Source: Thermoanaerobaculia bacterium (GTDB lineage: Bacteria; Acidobacteriota; Thermoanaerobaculia; Multivoradales; UBA5704). Taken from it: a stretch of 64,000 nt of DNA. Shown one piece after another: positions 27,122 through 37,448 of the stretch. Position 1 is the stretch's first letter; the number at the start of each line of letters is the position of its first letter. Location: contig DASQPA010000125.1 of the NCBI GenBank assembly GCA_035644215.1, positions 1,472-65,471 of the forward strand, in the 5' to 3' direction. The notes under the pieces are model-generated. The model had not been told where the DNA came from. It worked only from the letters and a program-made list of their open reading frames with translations, and made no database searches. The position numbers and the translations under genes are program-made.

Positions 27122-29275
27122 ATGACCCTGCTCTGGCGTCGGCTGGGCCGGCTCGCGGTGATCCTACCTCTCACCGCGACGTTGGGCGTCTCCGTCCTCC
27201 TGTTTGTGTATGCAAGCCGGCAGGAGGAGGAGACTGTGCGCAAAGCCTTCGAGGACCGCGCCCGGACCCTGGCCTCAGCCATCCGGGAGAGCTGTGACAG
27301 TCACCTGGAGGTCCTGCGCTCCCTGAACGCGCTGTTCTCGAGCGTCCCCAAGATCCGCCGAGAAGAGTTCGTCGGGTTCGTGGCCAAGCCTTTGCGCCTG
27401 CACCCGGGCATCCGGGGCCTGTCGTGGGACCCCGTCGTCAAGGCCGCCGACCGCGCGCGCTTCGAGGCCGAGGTCGGAGTTCCCATCACCCAGGTCGATC
27501 CGCAGGGACGGCGCATACCGGCGGCGCCGACGGCAGAGTATGTGGTGGTGCACTATATCGCGCCGGCCTCGGACCTCCCGGCCCTGGCCTTCGACGTGGC
27601 TTCGGAGCCCGTGCGGCGCGAAGCCCAATTCAAGGCCCGCGACACGGGAGAGATTGCGGCGACGGGGCCGATCCGCCTGATCAACGATAGCAGCGAGCAG
27701 CGCTCCGTCCTCCTTTTCGCTCCCGTCTACGGTGTCGGCACGGTGCCTGCGACCCTCGAACGCCGCCGCCAGGAGATCCGCGGCTACGCCACCGGAGCTT
27801 TCCGCTTGAGCGACCTGGTGGAAACCGCGATCCGGAGCCTGCCACGGAAAGACCTGACGGTCGCCCTCTTCGACAACCGAAACCCGGCGGCCCCCGAGCG
27901 GCTGTACAACGATGCCGAATGGGCACACCAGAGTGACGAGGCCGCCGGGGGCCTGGTGCAGCGGGAGCCTTTCGTCTTCGGAGGGCGCCCGTATGAGGTG
28001 CGCGTGGCGACGACCCACGCCTTCCAGGGCGACTATCGGTCGGGGTACGCCTGGCTGATCCTCCTGGGCGGTGTCCTGTTCACCGGGTTGGTCGGCGCCC
28101 TCCTCCTCGTCGTCACCTCGCGGGCGGCCAAGGTCGAGGAGCTGGTGGTCCACCGCACCGCCGAGCTCGAGAACGAGCTCAAAGAGCGGCAGCGGGCCGA
28201 GGCTGTCGTGCGGGTGAGCGAGGCGCGGAACCGGGACCTCCTGGAGCACATGCTGGGAGGGATGATCACCTTCAACGAGCGGAGCCAGATCGAGTCGGTG
28301 AATCCGGCCGCCGAGCGGATGTTCGGCTATCTGGAGGACGAGCTGCTCGGTCAGAACGTGGCCCTCCTCCTCGCCGACGCTCCAGACTCCGGCGCGGAGT
28401 CGTACCTCAAGAAAGCTCACCGGGATTCGATCGGCCGGGTGACGGAGACCTGGGGACGCCGCAAGAACGGCGAGCTCTTCTGCGTCGACGCGGCGCTGTT
28501 CGAGTTCGCCGCTCCCGAGGGCCGCCGGTTCGCCTGCAATTTCCAGGACATCACGGAACGGCGGGAGATGGACCGGCTGAAGTCGGAATTCGTCTCCACG
28601 GTAAGCCACGAGCTGCGCACGCCGCTGACCTCGATCCGTGGCTCCCTGGGCCTCCTCTCGGCCGGGGTGCTGGGGGACCTCTCACCCGAGGTGCAGGAGA
28701 TGCTCCGCCTGGCCGAGCGCAATTCGGTCCGACTCACCGCCCTGATCAACGACATCCTCGATTTCGAGCGCCTGGACAGCGGCCGGATCACCCTGCAGAT
28801 CGCCGACGTCGACCTCCAGCCGCTGTTCGAGCAGTCGCTGGAGGCGGTGCGCCCGGTGGCCGACGGGCAGCAGATCGCCCTCGTCGCCGTGCCGACGGCG
28901 CTGCGGGTGCGGGCGGATGGGACGCGCATCGTCCAGGTCCTCATCAACCTGCTCTCGAACGCCATCAAATTCTCGCCCGCGGGGCGGGAGGTCCGGGTGT
29001 GGGCCTTGGAGACGGAGAACGGCTGGGTGCGGAGCCTGGTGGAAGACCAGGGACAGGGCGTCCCCGCCAGCTACCAACAGAAGATCTTCGAACGCTTCGT
29101 CCACGTCGAGACCGCGGACAAACGCGACACGGCAGGGACCGGGCTCGGCCTCGCGATCTGCAAGGCGATCGTGGAGCACCACGGAGGGTCCATCGACGTC
29201 GACAGCGAGCCCGGGGTGGGAAGCACCTTCTGGTTCGACCTCCCCCGGGCGGCCGGGCCAAGCGCGGCGCCGTAG
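27122..29275 (+). CDS. sensor histidine kinase with periplasmic CHASE domain, PAS, HisKA and HATPase
   Basis: It has two TM helices flanking a CHASE-like block (GLSWDPVV...ARDTGEIAATGPIRLINDS). A PAS domain, an H-box (STVSHELRTPLTSI) and N/G boxes follow. Confidence 0.85.
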   Translation: MTLLWRRLGRLAVILPLTATLGVSVLLFVYASRQEEETVRKAFEDRARTLASAIRESCDSHLEVLRSLNALFSSVPKIRREEFVGFVAKPLRLHPGIRGLSWDPVVKAADRARFEAEVGVPITQVDPQGRRIPAAPTAEYVVVHYIAPASDLPALAFDVASEPVRREAQFKARDTGEIAATGPIRLINDSSEQRSVLLFAPVYGVGTVPATLERRRQEIRGYATGAFRLSDLVETAIRSLPRKDLTVALFDNRNPAAPERLYNDAEWAHQSDEAAGGLVQREPFVFGGRPYEVRVATTHAFQGDYRSGYAWLILLGGVLFTGLVGALLLVVTSRAAKVEELVVHRTAELENELKERQRAEAVVRVSEARNRDLLEHMLGGMITFNERSQIESVNPAAERMFGYLEDELLGQNVALLLADAPDSGAESYLKKAHRDSIGRVTETWGRRKNGELFCVDAALFEFAAPEGRRFACNFQDITERREMDRLKSEFVSTVSHELRTPLTSIRGSLGLLSAGVLGDLSPEVQEMLRLAERNSVRLTALINDILDFERLDSGRITLQIADVDLQPLFEQSLEAVRPVADGQQIALVAVPTALRVRADGTRIVQVLINLLSNAIKFSPAGREVRVWALETENGWVRSLVEDQGQGVPASYQQKIFERFVHVETADKRDTAGTGLGLAICKAIVEHHGGSIDVDSEPGVGSTFWFDLPRAAGPSAAP

Positions 29276-29291
29276 CGGACGGTCAGGCGTT

Positions 29292-29987
29292 TTAGGAAAG
29301 TACGCCCTCTTCGCAGGGGTCCGCCCCGCAAGGGCGAAGGTTTGTAGCCTCGCTCTCGCGACGGTTCACGAACTCGTCATGCACCTGTCGCATCATCTGG
29401 GGCTCGAACTCGCAGGCGGCGATGACGTCGTTGTCGCGGCACGGTCCTTCCTCGTCACGCACGGAGTTGCGCAGGGACCAGGAGACGACGTACCGCGAGT
29501 CCAGTGTCGCGCGGATCCCTTGCTTGCGCAGCTCGTTGGCGGCCCATCGGTCCTCGGCGACGTCGCGATCCCAAGGCACGTCCAACAGGGCCTCGATCGC
29601 TCGCCGGCTCATCCAATAGCAGAAGCCGGAGTTGTAGCGTGCCGGCTTGTTGCCGCTCGGTCCACGGGTACGACCGACGTAGTCGAGGCCGACCGGCACC
29701 GCGGCGAGAAGACGCTCGGGTCGTACGTAGCAGTCGTCGTCGATTTTGCACACCGCCTCGTAACCGCGGTCGTAGGCCCAGCGCCGCATGGCTTGGACCT
29801 TCAAAGTGAAGTGGCGATAATCGTCCGGCACGTCGAGCACGATCGTGTCGGCCGCAGCCGGTCCGCCCTGGCCGACGAAGAACCTGTAGCCCTGACCGGC
29901 CGGGATGTCCTTCACCCAGGTCGCACGCTGCGCATCCGCCCGATCGCGGTACGCGGCGCAGGTCATGACGGCGATGAGCGTCTCCAT
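29292..29987 (-). CDS. putative glycosyltransferase-like protein (fringe/GT31-like fold, DXD motif)
   Basis: The ORF track shows a 472-aa ORF. Only the last 231 aa, from METLIAVMTCAAYRDRADAQRATW, look protein-like (VLDVPDDY...KIDDDCYV). The upstream 241 codons are shadow sequence. The family assignment is from memory. Confidence 0.55.
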   Translation of the reverse strand: METLIAVMTCAAYRDRADAQRATWVKDIPAGQGYRFFVGQGGPAAADTIVLDVPDDYRHFTLKVQAMRRWAYDRGYEAVCKIDDDCYVRPERLLAAVPVGLDYVGRTRGPSGNKPARYNSGFCYWMSRRAIEALLDVPWDRDVAEDRWAANELRKQGIRATLDSRYVVSWSLRNSVRDEEGPCRDNDVIAACEFEPQMMRQVHDEFVNRRESEATNLRPCGADPCEEGVLS

Positions 29988-30166
29988 GGGCTGGCGGATC
30001 GTGTCACAAGCCGACGAGTGGCGTCGATCCAGCGGGCCGGGTCTGACCCGGCGAGGCGGTCGTCCTTGATGCCTTTTTCGCTGATGTCGCGGCCGATCAG
30101 GAGAGCTCGGATCGGCGCCTGGAGGTTCCCTGCTGGCTGCCGAGAACCTCAGCGAGCACTTCAACT

Positions 30167-30199
30167 GGGCAGATTGAAAATCCAGTTTTGAATCTGCCC
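30167..30199. promoter_or_regulatory. inverted repeat / operator-like site, GGGCAGATT-N15-AATCTGCCC, 22 nt upstream of the ATPase start
   Basis: Perfect 9-bp arms. The 15-nt spacer contains TTGAAAAT/TTTTGAAT. Confidence 0.3.
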
Positions 30200-30221
30200 A
30201 TCTCCTGCTATCCTGGCCCCC

Positions 30222-31421
30222 ATGATCGAGCGGCTCCTCCAGCCCCGCCTCATGGACCTCGCGACGCGCTACCCGGTTCTCACCCTGACCGGACCGCGCC
30301 AGTCCGGCAAGACGACCTTGAGCCGGATGGCGTTTCCCGATCACCCGTACGTGTCGCTGGAGAACCCGGCGCAGCGGGGGTTCGCTGAGGAAGACCCCCT
30401 CGCCTTCCTCGCTCGCTACCCACACGGCGCCATCCTCGACGAGGTGCAGCGGGTGCCGCAGATCTTCTCCTATCTCCAGGGCCTGGTGGACGAGGACCCC
30501 CGGCCCGGCCGCTTTCTGCTCACCGGCTCCCAGAACCTGGCCCTGGTCGGCGCCGTGACCCAATCGCTGGCCGGCCGTACCACCCTGACCGAGCTCCTGC
30601 CGCTCTCGCTGGCGGAGATCCGCCGCTTTCCCGAGCCACCGGCGGATCTCGACACGCTGTTGTGGCAGGGCGGCTATCCGCGGATCTACGAGCGGCACCT
30701 CCCGGCGCACGAATGGCTCGCCGACTACACCGCCACCTATGTCGAGCGCGACGTGCGGCAGCTCATCAAGGTCGGCGACCTCCTGCTCTTCCAGACCTTC
30801 CTCCGCCTCTGTGCCAGCCGCACCGGACAGATCCTGAACCTCTCATCCCTGGCCAACGATTGCGGCGTCTCGCAACCCACGGCGCGCTCCTGGCTGTCGG
30901 TCCTGGAGGCGAGCTATATCGTCTTCCGGCTGCCGCCGTTTTTCGCCAACCTGGGCAAGCGGCTCATCAAAGCGCCCAAGCTCTACTTCTACGACGCGGG
31001 CCTGGCCGCCAGCCTCCTCAACCTCGAGAGCCCGGGCCAGCTCGCGACCCACCCCCTACGGGGTGCCCTTTTCGAGACCTGGGTCGTCGCCGAGGTAACC
31101 AAGGCGCACCTCCATCGCGGGCACCGGCCGCGGCTCTCCTACTATCGCGACCGGAGCGGCCTGGAAATCGACCTGATCCTGGAGAAGGGGAGCGATCTCG
31201 TGCTGGTCGAGATCAAGTCCGCCCAGACCCCGTCGAGCTATCCGTTTGCCGCCTTCGAGCGTTTCGGCGCGGCCCTGGCCGGGGAGGAGGCGCCGCGGAT
31301 CGCCGGTCGCATCGTGGTCTACGGCGGCGAGGAATCGCAGGAGCGCAGCCACGGCCAACTCCTCTCCTGGCGGGACCTCGACCGCTACGATTGGGAGGCG
31401 GGCGGGGGCGGCGGGGGCTGA
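30222..31421 (+). CDS. AAA-family ATPase with DUF4143 C-domain
   Basis: Walker A (LTGPRQSGKTTL) and Walker B (HGAILDEVQ). The C-terminal region is typical of the DUF4143 'ATP-binding protein' family. Confidence 0.85.
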   Translation: MIERLLQPRLMDLATRYPVLTLTGPRQSGKTTLSRMAFPDHPYVSLENPAQRGFAEEDPLAFLARYPHGAILDEVQRVPQIFSYLQGLVDEDPRPGRFLLTGSQNLALVGAVTQSLAGRTTLTELLPLSLAEIRRFPEPPADLDTLLWQGGYPRIYERHLPAHEWLADYTATYVERDVRQLIKVGDLLLFQTFLRLCASRTGQILNLSSLANDCGVSQPTARSWLSVLEASYIVFRLPPFFANLGKRLIKAPKLYFYDAGLAASLLNLESPGQLATHPLRGALFETWVVAEVTKAHLHRGHRPRLSYYRDRSGLEIDLILEKGSDLVLVEIKSAQTPSSYPFAAFERFGAALAGEEAPRIAGRIVVYGGEESQERSHGQLLSWRDLDRYDWEAGGGGGG

Positions 31422-31490
31422 GGGGCCAGCCCCAGGGGCCGGCCCCCCTCTCCCGCCCTGTGCTATCCTCGCGGCGTCGGGAGGGACGCC

Positions 31491-31742
31491 ATGGCCGTAG
31501 ATCCTGAGCTCCTGGAAATCCTGGTCTGTCCCAAGACCAAGGGCGAGCTGACGCTCATCGAGCTGCCGGGGGAGATCCGTTCGACCCTGGCCGAGAAGTA
31601 CCGTGAACACTTCCGGGACGAAGAGCCGGTGGTCGAGCAGGGGCTCTACTGCGCCGACTCGGGGCTCGTCTATCCGATCGTCTCGGACATCCCCATCATG
31701 CTCATCGAGGAGGCGCTTCCGGCATCGGCCGTGGGGCGCTGA
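31491..31742 (+). CDS. Trm112-family protein (UPF0434/YcaR-like)
   Basis: LLEILVCPKTKGEL...YPIVSDIPIMLIEEAL, 83 aa. Confidence 0.8.
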   Translation: MAVDPELLEILVCPKTKGELTLIELPGEIRSTLAEKYREHFRDEEPVVEQGLYCADSGLVYPIVSDIPIMLIEEALPASAVGR

Positions 31743-31759
31743 CCGTAAGCCCGCGAGGC

Positions 31760-32515
31760 TTGGGGTGCGCGTCCTTGCGCCTTGACCAGCTGCTGGTCGA
31801 GCGCGGCCTCTTCGCCAGCCGGGAACAGGCGCGGCGTGCCGTCATGGCGGGGATCGTGGAGGTCGACGGCCGACGGGTGGACAAGGCGGGGACCGCGGTG
31901 CCCGAGGCGGCCCGGCTCGCCGTCCTGGCGCCGCGCGAGCCGTTCGTCTCCCGCGCCGGCCGCAAGCTCGCCGCGGCGCTCGACCATTTCGGCGTCGATC
32001 CGGCGGGCCGGGTCTGCCTCGACGTGGGGGCCTCGACCGGCGGCTTCACCGACTGCCTGCTGCAACGCGGCGCCGCCCGGGTCTATGCCCTGGACGTCGG
32101 CTATGGCCAGCTCGACGCCCGCCTGCGCCAGGACCCGCGCGTGGTGGTCCTGGAACGGGTCAACGCCCGCCACCTGTCGCCGGGAGACCTGCCGGAGCCC
32201 ATGCACCTCATGACCGTCGACGTCTCCTTCATCTCGCTCGCCAAGGTGGTGCCGGCGCTCCTGCCCCACCTCGCGCCGGGCGGCCGGCTGCTGCCGATGA
32301 TCAAGCCGCAGTTCGAGGCCGGCCGCGGGCAGGTCGGCAAGGGGGGGATCCTGCGCGACGAGGCCCGCCGCGAGCAGGTCATCCAGGCCGCGGCGGAGAG
32401 CCTGACCGGGCTCGGCCTGACCCTCCTCGGCCGCTTCGACTCGCCGGTCGCCGGGATGGGCGGCAACCGCGAGGCCTTCGTGCTCCTCTGCCGGCCGGAG
32501 GGGCACCCGGAATGA
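31760..32515 (+). CDS. tlyA: TlyA-family rRNA 2'-O-methyltransferase
   Basis: An S4-like N-terminus (LRLDQLLVERGLFASREQARRAVMAG.V) and an FtsJ-like MTase motif (CLDVGASTGGFTDCLL). Confidence 0.9.
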   Translation: MGCASLRLDQLLVERGLFASREQARRAVMAGIVEVDGRRVDKAGTAVPEAARLAVLAPREPFVSRAGRKLAAALDHFGVDPAGRVCLDVGASTGGFTDCLLQRGAARVYALDVGYGQLDARLRQDPRVVVLERVNARHLSPGDLPEPMHLMTVDVSFISLAKVVPALLPHLAPGGRLLPMIKPQFEAGRGQVGKGGILRDEARREQVIQAAAESLTGLGLTLLGRFDSPVAGMGGNREAFVLLCRPEGHPE

Positions 32516-33408
32516 GCCGCAAGCGCCAGCGCTGGCAGCGCATCGGGGTGGTCGCCAAGGTGGCGAGCCGGGAGGCCGTCCATACCGCCCACGAGCTGGC
32601 CGAATGGCTCCGCCGGCGCGGCCTTGAGGCGGTGCTCGACGAGGCCACCCTGCGCGCCCGGGGGATGACCGGCGAGCCCCCCTTCCGCCCGGAGGAGCCC
32701 TACGACCTGGTGATCGCCCTCGGCGGCGACGGGACGCTCCTCGCCACCGCCCGCCACCTGGCCCCCGGCACCCCGATCATGGGCGTCAACCTGGGGAATC
32801 TGGGCTTCCTCACTGAGGTCGGCCGCGGCGGCCTCTACCCGGCCCTGGTGCAGGTGCTGGCCGGAAATTTCGCGACCGAGGAGCGCTCGCTGCTGGACGT
32901 CGAGCTGCGGCGGAGCGGCGGCGGCGTCCTCTCCTTCAAGGTGCTGAACGACGCGGTGGTCACCAAGAGCGCCCTGGCGCGGATCATCGAGCTGACCCTC
33001 CAGGTCGACGGCCACCTGATCGCCCGCTACCGCTCGGACGGCGTCATCATCTCGACCCCCACCGGCTCGACGGCCTACAACCTCTCGGCCGGCGGCCCCA
33101 TCGTCCACCCCCTCCTGCCGGTCATCGTGCTCACCCCGATCTGCCCGCACACCCTGTCGCTGCGCCCCATCGTGGTGCCCGACAGCGGCTCGATCGAGGT
33201 GACGCTCGAAACCCAGCGCGAGGAGGTCTACCTGACCTGCGACGGCCAGGAGGGGACCTCGCTCGGCCACCGCGACACCGTGCGGGTGACGCGGAGCTCC
33301 GCCGTCGTCCGCCTGGTCAAGGTCCTGACCCCGAGCTTCTACGACAACCTGCGGGCCAAGCTGCGCTGGGGCGGCCTGGAGAGCCGGCCGCCGGACGAGA
33401 CGACGTGA
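32512..33408 (+). CDS. nadK: NAD(+) kinase
   Basis: Carries the DLVIALGGDGTLL and NDAVV motifs. The start overlaps the tlyA stop. Confidence 0.9.
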   Translation: MSRKRQRWQRIGVVAKVASREAVHTAHELAEWLRRRGLEAVLDEATLRARGMTGEPPFRPEEPYDLVIALGGDGTLLATARHLAPGTPIMGVNLGNLGFLTEVGRGGLYPALVQVLAGNFATEERSLLDVELRRSGGGVLSFKVLNDAVVTKSALARIIELTLQVDGHLIARYRSDGVIISTPTGSTAYNLSAGGPIVHPLLPVIVLTPICPHTLSLRPIVVPDSGSIEVTLETQREEVYLTCDGQEGTSLGHRDTVRVTRSSAVVRLVKVLTPSFYDNLRAKLRWGGLESRPPDETT

Positions 33409-36400
33409 GCGCCCCCGAGCCTCCCCCGCCTCCGGCACCGCCGGCGTCCCCGTCCGGGCCGGCCCGGCCGGGCCGGCTGCGCCGCTTCGTGGTGCGGCCG
33501 TTCGTCTGGGGCCTCGTCCTCCTGGTGGCCCTCGTCGTCGGCCTCTACTATCTGATCGGCAGCCGGCTCATCCAGGAGCGCTTCACCGCCTTCGCCATCG
33601 CCCAGGCCACGGACTTCTTCAATCGCCCGGTGAAGGTCGCGGGCCTCGAATACAGCCTCTTCCCCTTGGCCGTCGAGCTGCGCGGCGTGGTCATCCCCGG
33701 CCCCACCCCCAAGGACCCGCCCTTCGCCACCGCCGAGCTGCTCCGCATCCAGATCCCCTGGGGCTATCTGCGCCAGCGGATCGTGCGGCTCGACCAGGTG
33801 GACGCCATCCATCCCACCCTGTTCCTCGAATTCCGGCCCGACGGCAGCACCAACCTGCCCCACTTCCGCAGCCAGGGGGGCGGCGGCCAGAGCCGCTTCC
33901 AGCTGCAGATCGGCCGGCTCCTCGTGCAGCGCGGCGAGTTTCGCCTGAACCAGCGCCGGGTGGCCTTCGACCTCGCCGCCCGCTCGATCTGGGGGCGCCT
34001 CAACGGGCCGCGCCCGACCCATCTGGACGGCCTGGTCACCGCCCAGGAGGTCGTCACCTCGCTCCCCGACGGCCATCCCTACCCGGCGACGGTCTCGGGC
34101 AAGGTGATCCTCCTCGCCGACCGCGGTCTCCTGCGCATCCCCGCCGTCCGGCTGGCCGGGGCCGACCTCAAGGCGAACGCCAGCGGCTGGGTGAGCTGGA
34201 AGGGCGCCACCCGGGTCGAGATCCAGTTCGACGCCACCGGCGACGCCCGGCTGGTCAACCACCTGGGCTACCTGGACGCGCCGCTCGTCGGCCCTTTCCA
34301 GGTCGCCGGCGGCCGTTTCTCGCTGACCAACGAGGACTGGAGCTTCGCCGGGACGGCGACCGCCCCGCGGGTCGACTTCCTCGGCCGCACCGCCACCGCC
34401 GTCGCCGGCCGCGCCCGGGGCGACGCCAAGCGGGTGCACGTCGACGTCCAGCGGGCGACCTATGCCGGCGGGGCGGCCCAGGGGACGGTCGAGGTGGACC
34501 TGGCGACGGTGGCGACCCCCACCCATCCCGGACGGCCGGTCGACCTCGCCTTCGACTTCCGCGGGGTGTCGATCGAGACGGCCTTGGCCGCCGAGCAGGT
34601 GCCCATCGCCGGCCTGTCGGGCGAGGGGAGCGGCCGCTTCACCTATCGCTTCAATTCCGCCGCCCCGCTCGCCGGCAGCGGCCGGGCGAACGTCACCCTG
34701 GCCGGCCGCTACCCGGCGACCGGCCTGCCCCTCTCGGGCGAGGTCCCCCTGGTCTTCGAGCGCGGGGTGCTGACCAGCCCGGCGATCCAGCTCACCGCCC
34801 CCGGCCAGAACGCCACCGGCACCCTCTCGGTCGACGTCGCGGCGAAGACCGGCCGCATCGATTTCCAGCTCGCCAGCCAGGACGCCGGGCCGGTGATGCG
34901 GATGATCCCGGCCGATCCGGGACCGCCCGCCTTCTGGCGGGTGACCGCCGGCCACGGCCAGGCCACCGGGAGCTTCGGCTTCTCGCCCGCCGGCCTGGTC
35001 ATCGACCTCGGGCTCGACCTGGCGGACGTCCGGAGCCCCGACCCGGCGATCGTCGCCGACACCGTGCGCGGCACTCTGCGGGTGGCGCCGCGGGCGGTCG
35101 AGAACCTGAGGCTCGAGCTGACCCAAGGCCGCGGCCGGCTCGCCGTGGCGGGCCGGGTCCCGATCCCCGGCGACCGGCCGAAGGTCCCCCTGGACGACCC
35201 GCTCACCCTGGTCGTCGACACCGTGGACTGGCCGGCGGCGAGCATCGCCGGCTACCTCTACCCCGGCCTGCCGCTCTCCATCTCCGGCCTCGTGACCTGC
35301 CGGATCGACCTGAGTGGCTCGGCCAAGAGCTTGAGCAGCGACCACACCGCCCGGGTCACCGACCTTGTCCTCGGTGGTTTCCCCCTGGGCCAGGCGAGAA
35401 CCGACGTGATCTTCGACGGCACCGTCGTCCGGCTCGAAAACGGTGTGGTCGAGACGCCGGCCGGCAAGGCCCTGGTCCAGGGGACCTTCGACACCGCGGC
35501 CAAGGCCTTCTCCTTCACCCTCGACGCCCCGGCCCTTTCGCTCACCGCCCCGCCACTCCGCGACCTGCTGCCGGGTATCGGCGGCGAGGTCTCGCTCGCC
35601 GCCTCGCTCGACGGCAGCCCCGACCACCCGCAGGCGATGGTCTCGGCGCGCGGCCAGGGGCTGGAAATCGCCGGGCGCACCCTGGGCGACGAGGGGCGGG
35701 CTGAGCTCTCCGCCACCTGGGACTTCGCCGCGGTGCGCGCCGCCGGCTCGCTCCTCGGCCTCGTCACCTTCGACGGCGGCGGCCGGCTCGACTCCGACGG
35801 CGCCGCCGTCTCCTTCAACCTGAAGAGCGACAACCTCCCGGGCCTCGCCCAGCTCGCCGCGCAACGCCCGCTCCCCGCCTTCACCGGCGCCCTCGCCGGG
35901 CAGGTGACGGCGGCGGCCGACTTCGCGGCGAAGAGCTACCGGGCGGAGCTCACCCTCTCCGACCTCACGGCCCGGATGGAAGGCCATGAGATCAAGAACG
36001 TCGAGCCGGTCGTCGTCGTCCTCGATCCCGAGCGGATCACCCTGCGCTCCTTCTACCTGCGCGAGGCCGATCACGGGACCGAGCTCTTCGCCGGCGGCAC
36101 CGTCGGCCTCGCCGGCCGGCGTCCGCTCGACCTCCACCTGCAGAGCACGATCTGGGCGGGCTGGAGCAAGCTCTTCAGCTCCGACTTCGACCTCGACGGC
36201 TATGTCGACACCCTGGTCACCGTGCGCGGCACCCTCGCCGACCCGGCGGCCTCCGGCGAGGCGGTGCTGCGCGACGCCCGGCTGATCGTGCCGGGGCTCC
36301 CCTCCACCTTCGACCACCTGGAGGGCGAGGCCCGCTTCTCCGGCGACCGGATCGAGCTGGAGACCTTGACCGCCACCTTCGCCGGCGGAACGGTGCGCGC

Positions 36401-37448
36401 CAGCGGCTGGATGAACCTGCCGGAGCCCCGGAAGCCCTTGGACTACAATGCCTCGCTCTTTGCGCGCGGCGTCTCGATCCGCTACCCCGAGGGGTTCGTC
36501 AACCACGGCAACGCCGACCTCTTCCTGGCCCCCACGGAAGGGGGCGGGCGGAGCCTGCGCGGCTCGGTCGACCTCGACCGCATCTACTACCTGGAAGACG
36601 TGCAGGTCGAGACCCTGGACCTGGTCAAGAAGCTCTTCCAGCGCAGCCGGCTGCAGGTGACGCCGACCAACGGCTTCCTCGCCGCAACCCAGGTCAACGT
36701 CGCGGTCAACGGCAAGGGCGCCCTGCGCGTCCACGACAACGTCGCCGACCTCCACGGCGACGTCGGCCTGACCGTGCGCGGCAGCCTCGCCCGGCCGGTG
36801 GTTCTGGGCAGCGTCCAGATCGATACCGGCGGCAAGCTGGTCTATGCCGACAACCAGTACCGGGTCGAGCGCGGCCAGCTGACCTTCGACAACGCCTACA
36901 AGATCGACCCGGTGCTCGACTTCGTGGTGCGCACGAGGGTGCGCGACTTCGAGATCACGGTCAACTTCTCGGGCACCCTGGAGCGCCCGGTCGCCAATTT
37001 CTCGTCGAACGCCAACCTGGCCGACCTGGAGATCGTGGCCCTCCTCGCCACCGGCCAGGAGCTGCGCGAGGAGGACCGGCTGCGGGCGCTCACCGCCGCC
37101 CCGGGGCAGATCCCGCAGTCGACTCAGCCCAACGTCTCGGCCGGCTCCATTTTAGCCGGCCAGGCGGCCTCGGCTCTCGGCCAGCGGGTGAGCACCCTCT
37201 TCGGCTTCGACCGCTTCCGGATCAACCCGATCGCCGCCGAGACCGGCCAGTCGGTGGGCGGCGTCGGCGTCACCGTCGGCAAGCGCCTGTCGAAGGACGT
37301 CTTCGTCACCTATTCGACCGATCCCACCGCCAGCCGGCAGAACGTGCTCCAGGTCGAGTGGCAGGTGGCGAGCAACGTCACCCTCCTGCTCACCCAGACC
37401 ACCAACAAGGGCTATGCCGTGGACGCGCGCTGGGAGCGGCGCTTTTGA
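33405..37448 (+). CDS. translocation/assembly module TamB-like protein (AsmA/DUF490 family)
   Basis: 1347 aa with an N-terminal TM anchor and a long beta-rich body. The C-terminal DUF490-type end is ...VLQVEWQVASNVTLLLTQTTNKGYAVDARWERRF. Confidence 0.85.
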   Translation: MSAPEPPPPPAPPASPSGPARPGRLRRFVVRPFVWGLVLLVALVVGLYYLIGSRLIQERFTAFAIAQATDFFNRPVKVAGLEYSLFPLAVELRGVVIPGPTPKDPPFATAELLRIQIPWGYLRQRIVRLDQVDAIHPTLFLEFRPDGSTNLPHFRSQGGGGQSRFQLQIGRLLVQRGEFRLNQRRVAFDLAARSIWGRLNGPRPTHLDGLVTAQEVVTSLPDGHPYPATVSGKVILLADRGLLRIPAVRLAGADLKANASGWVSWKGATRVEIQFDATGDARLVNHLGYLDAPLVGPFQVAGGRFSLTNEDWSFAGTATAPRVDFLGRTATAVAGRARGDAKRVHVDVQRATYAGGAAQGTVEVDLATVATPTHPGRPVDLAFDFRGVSIETALAAEQVPIAGLSGEGSGRFTYRFNSAAPLAGSGRANVTLAGRYPATGLPLSGEVPLVFERGVLTSPAIQLTAPGQNATGTLSVDVAAKTGRIDFQLASQDAGPVMRMIPADPGPPAFWRVTAGHGQATGSFGFSPAGLVIDLGLDLADVRSPDPAIVADTVRGTLRVAPRAVENLRLELTQGRGRLAVAGRVPIPGDRPKVPLDDPLTLVVDTVDWPAASIAGYLYPGLPLSISGLVTCRIDLSGSAKSLSSDHTARVTDLVLGGFPLGQARTDVIFDGTVVRLENGVVETPAGKALVQGTFDTAAKAFSFTLDAPALSLTAPPLRDLLPGIGGEVSLAASLDGSPDHPQAMVSARGQGLEIAGRTLGDEGRAELSATWDFAAVRAAGSLLGLVTFDGGGRLDSDGAAVSFNLKSDNLPGLAQLAAQRPLPAFTGALAGQVTAAADFAAKSYRAELTLSDLTARMEGHEIKNVEPVVVVLDPERITLRSFYLREADHGTELFAGGTVGLAGRRPLDLHLQSTIWAGWSKLFSSDFDLDGYVDTLVTVRGTLADPAASGEAVLRDARLIVPGLPSTFDHLEGEARFSGDRIELETLTATFAGGTVRASGWMNLPEPRKPLDYNASLFARGVSIRYPEGFVNHGNADLFLAPTEGGGRSLRGSVDLDRIYYLEDVQVETLDLVKKLFQRSRLQVTPTNGFLAATQVNVAVNGKGALRVHDNVADLHGDVGLTVRGSLARPVVLGSVQIDTGGKLVYADNQYRVERGQLTFDNAYKIDPVLDFVVRTRVRDFEITVNFSGTLERPVANFSSNANLADLEIVALLATGQELREEDRLRALTAAPGQIPQSTQPNVSAGSILAGQAASALGQRVSTLFGFDRFRINPIAAETGQSVGGVGVTVGKRLSKDVFVTYSTDPTASRQNVLQVEWQVASNVTLLLTQTTNKGYAVDARWERRF

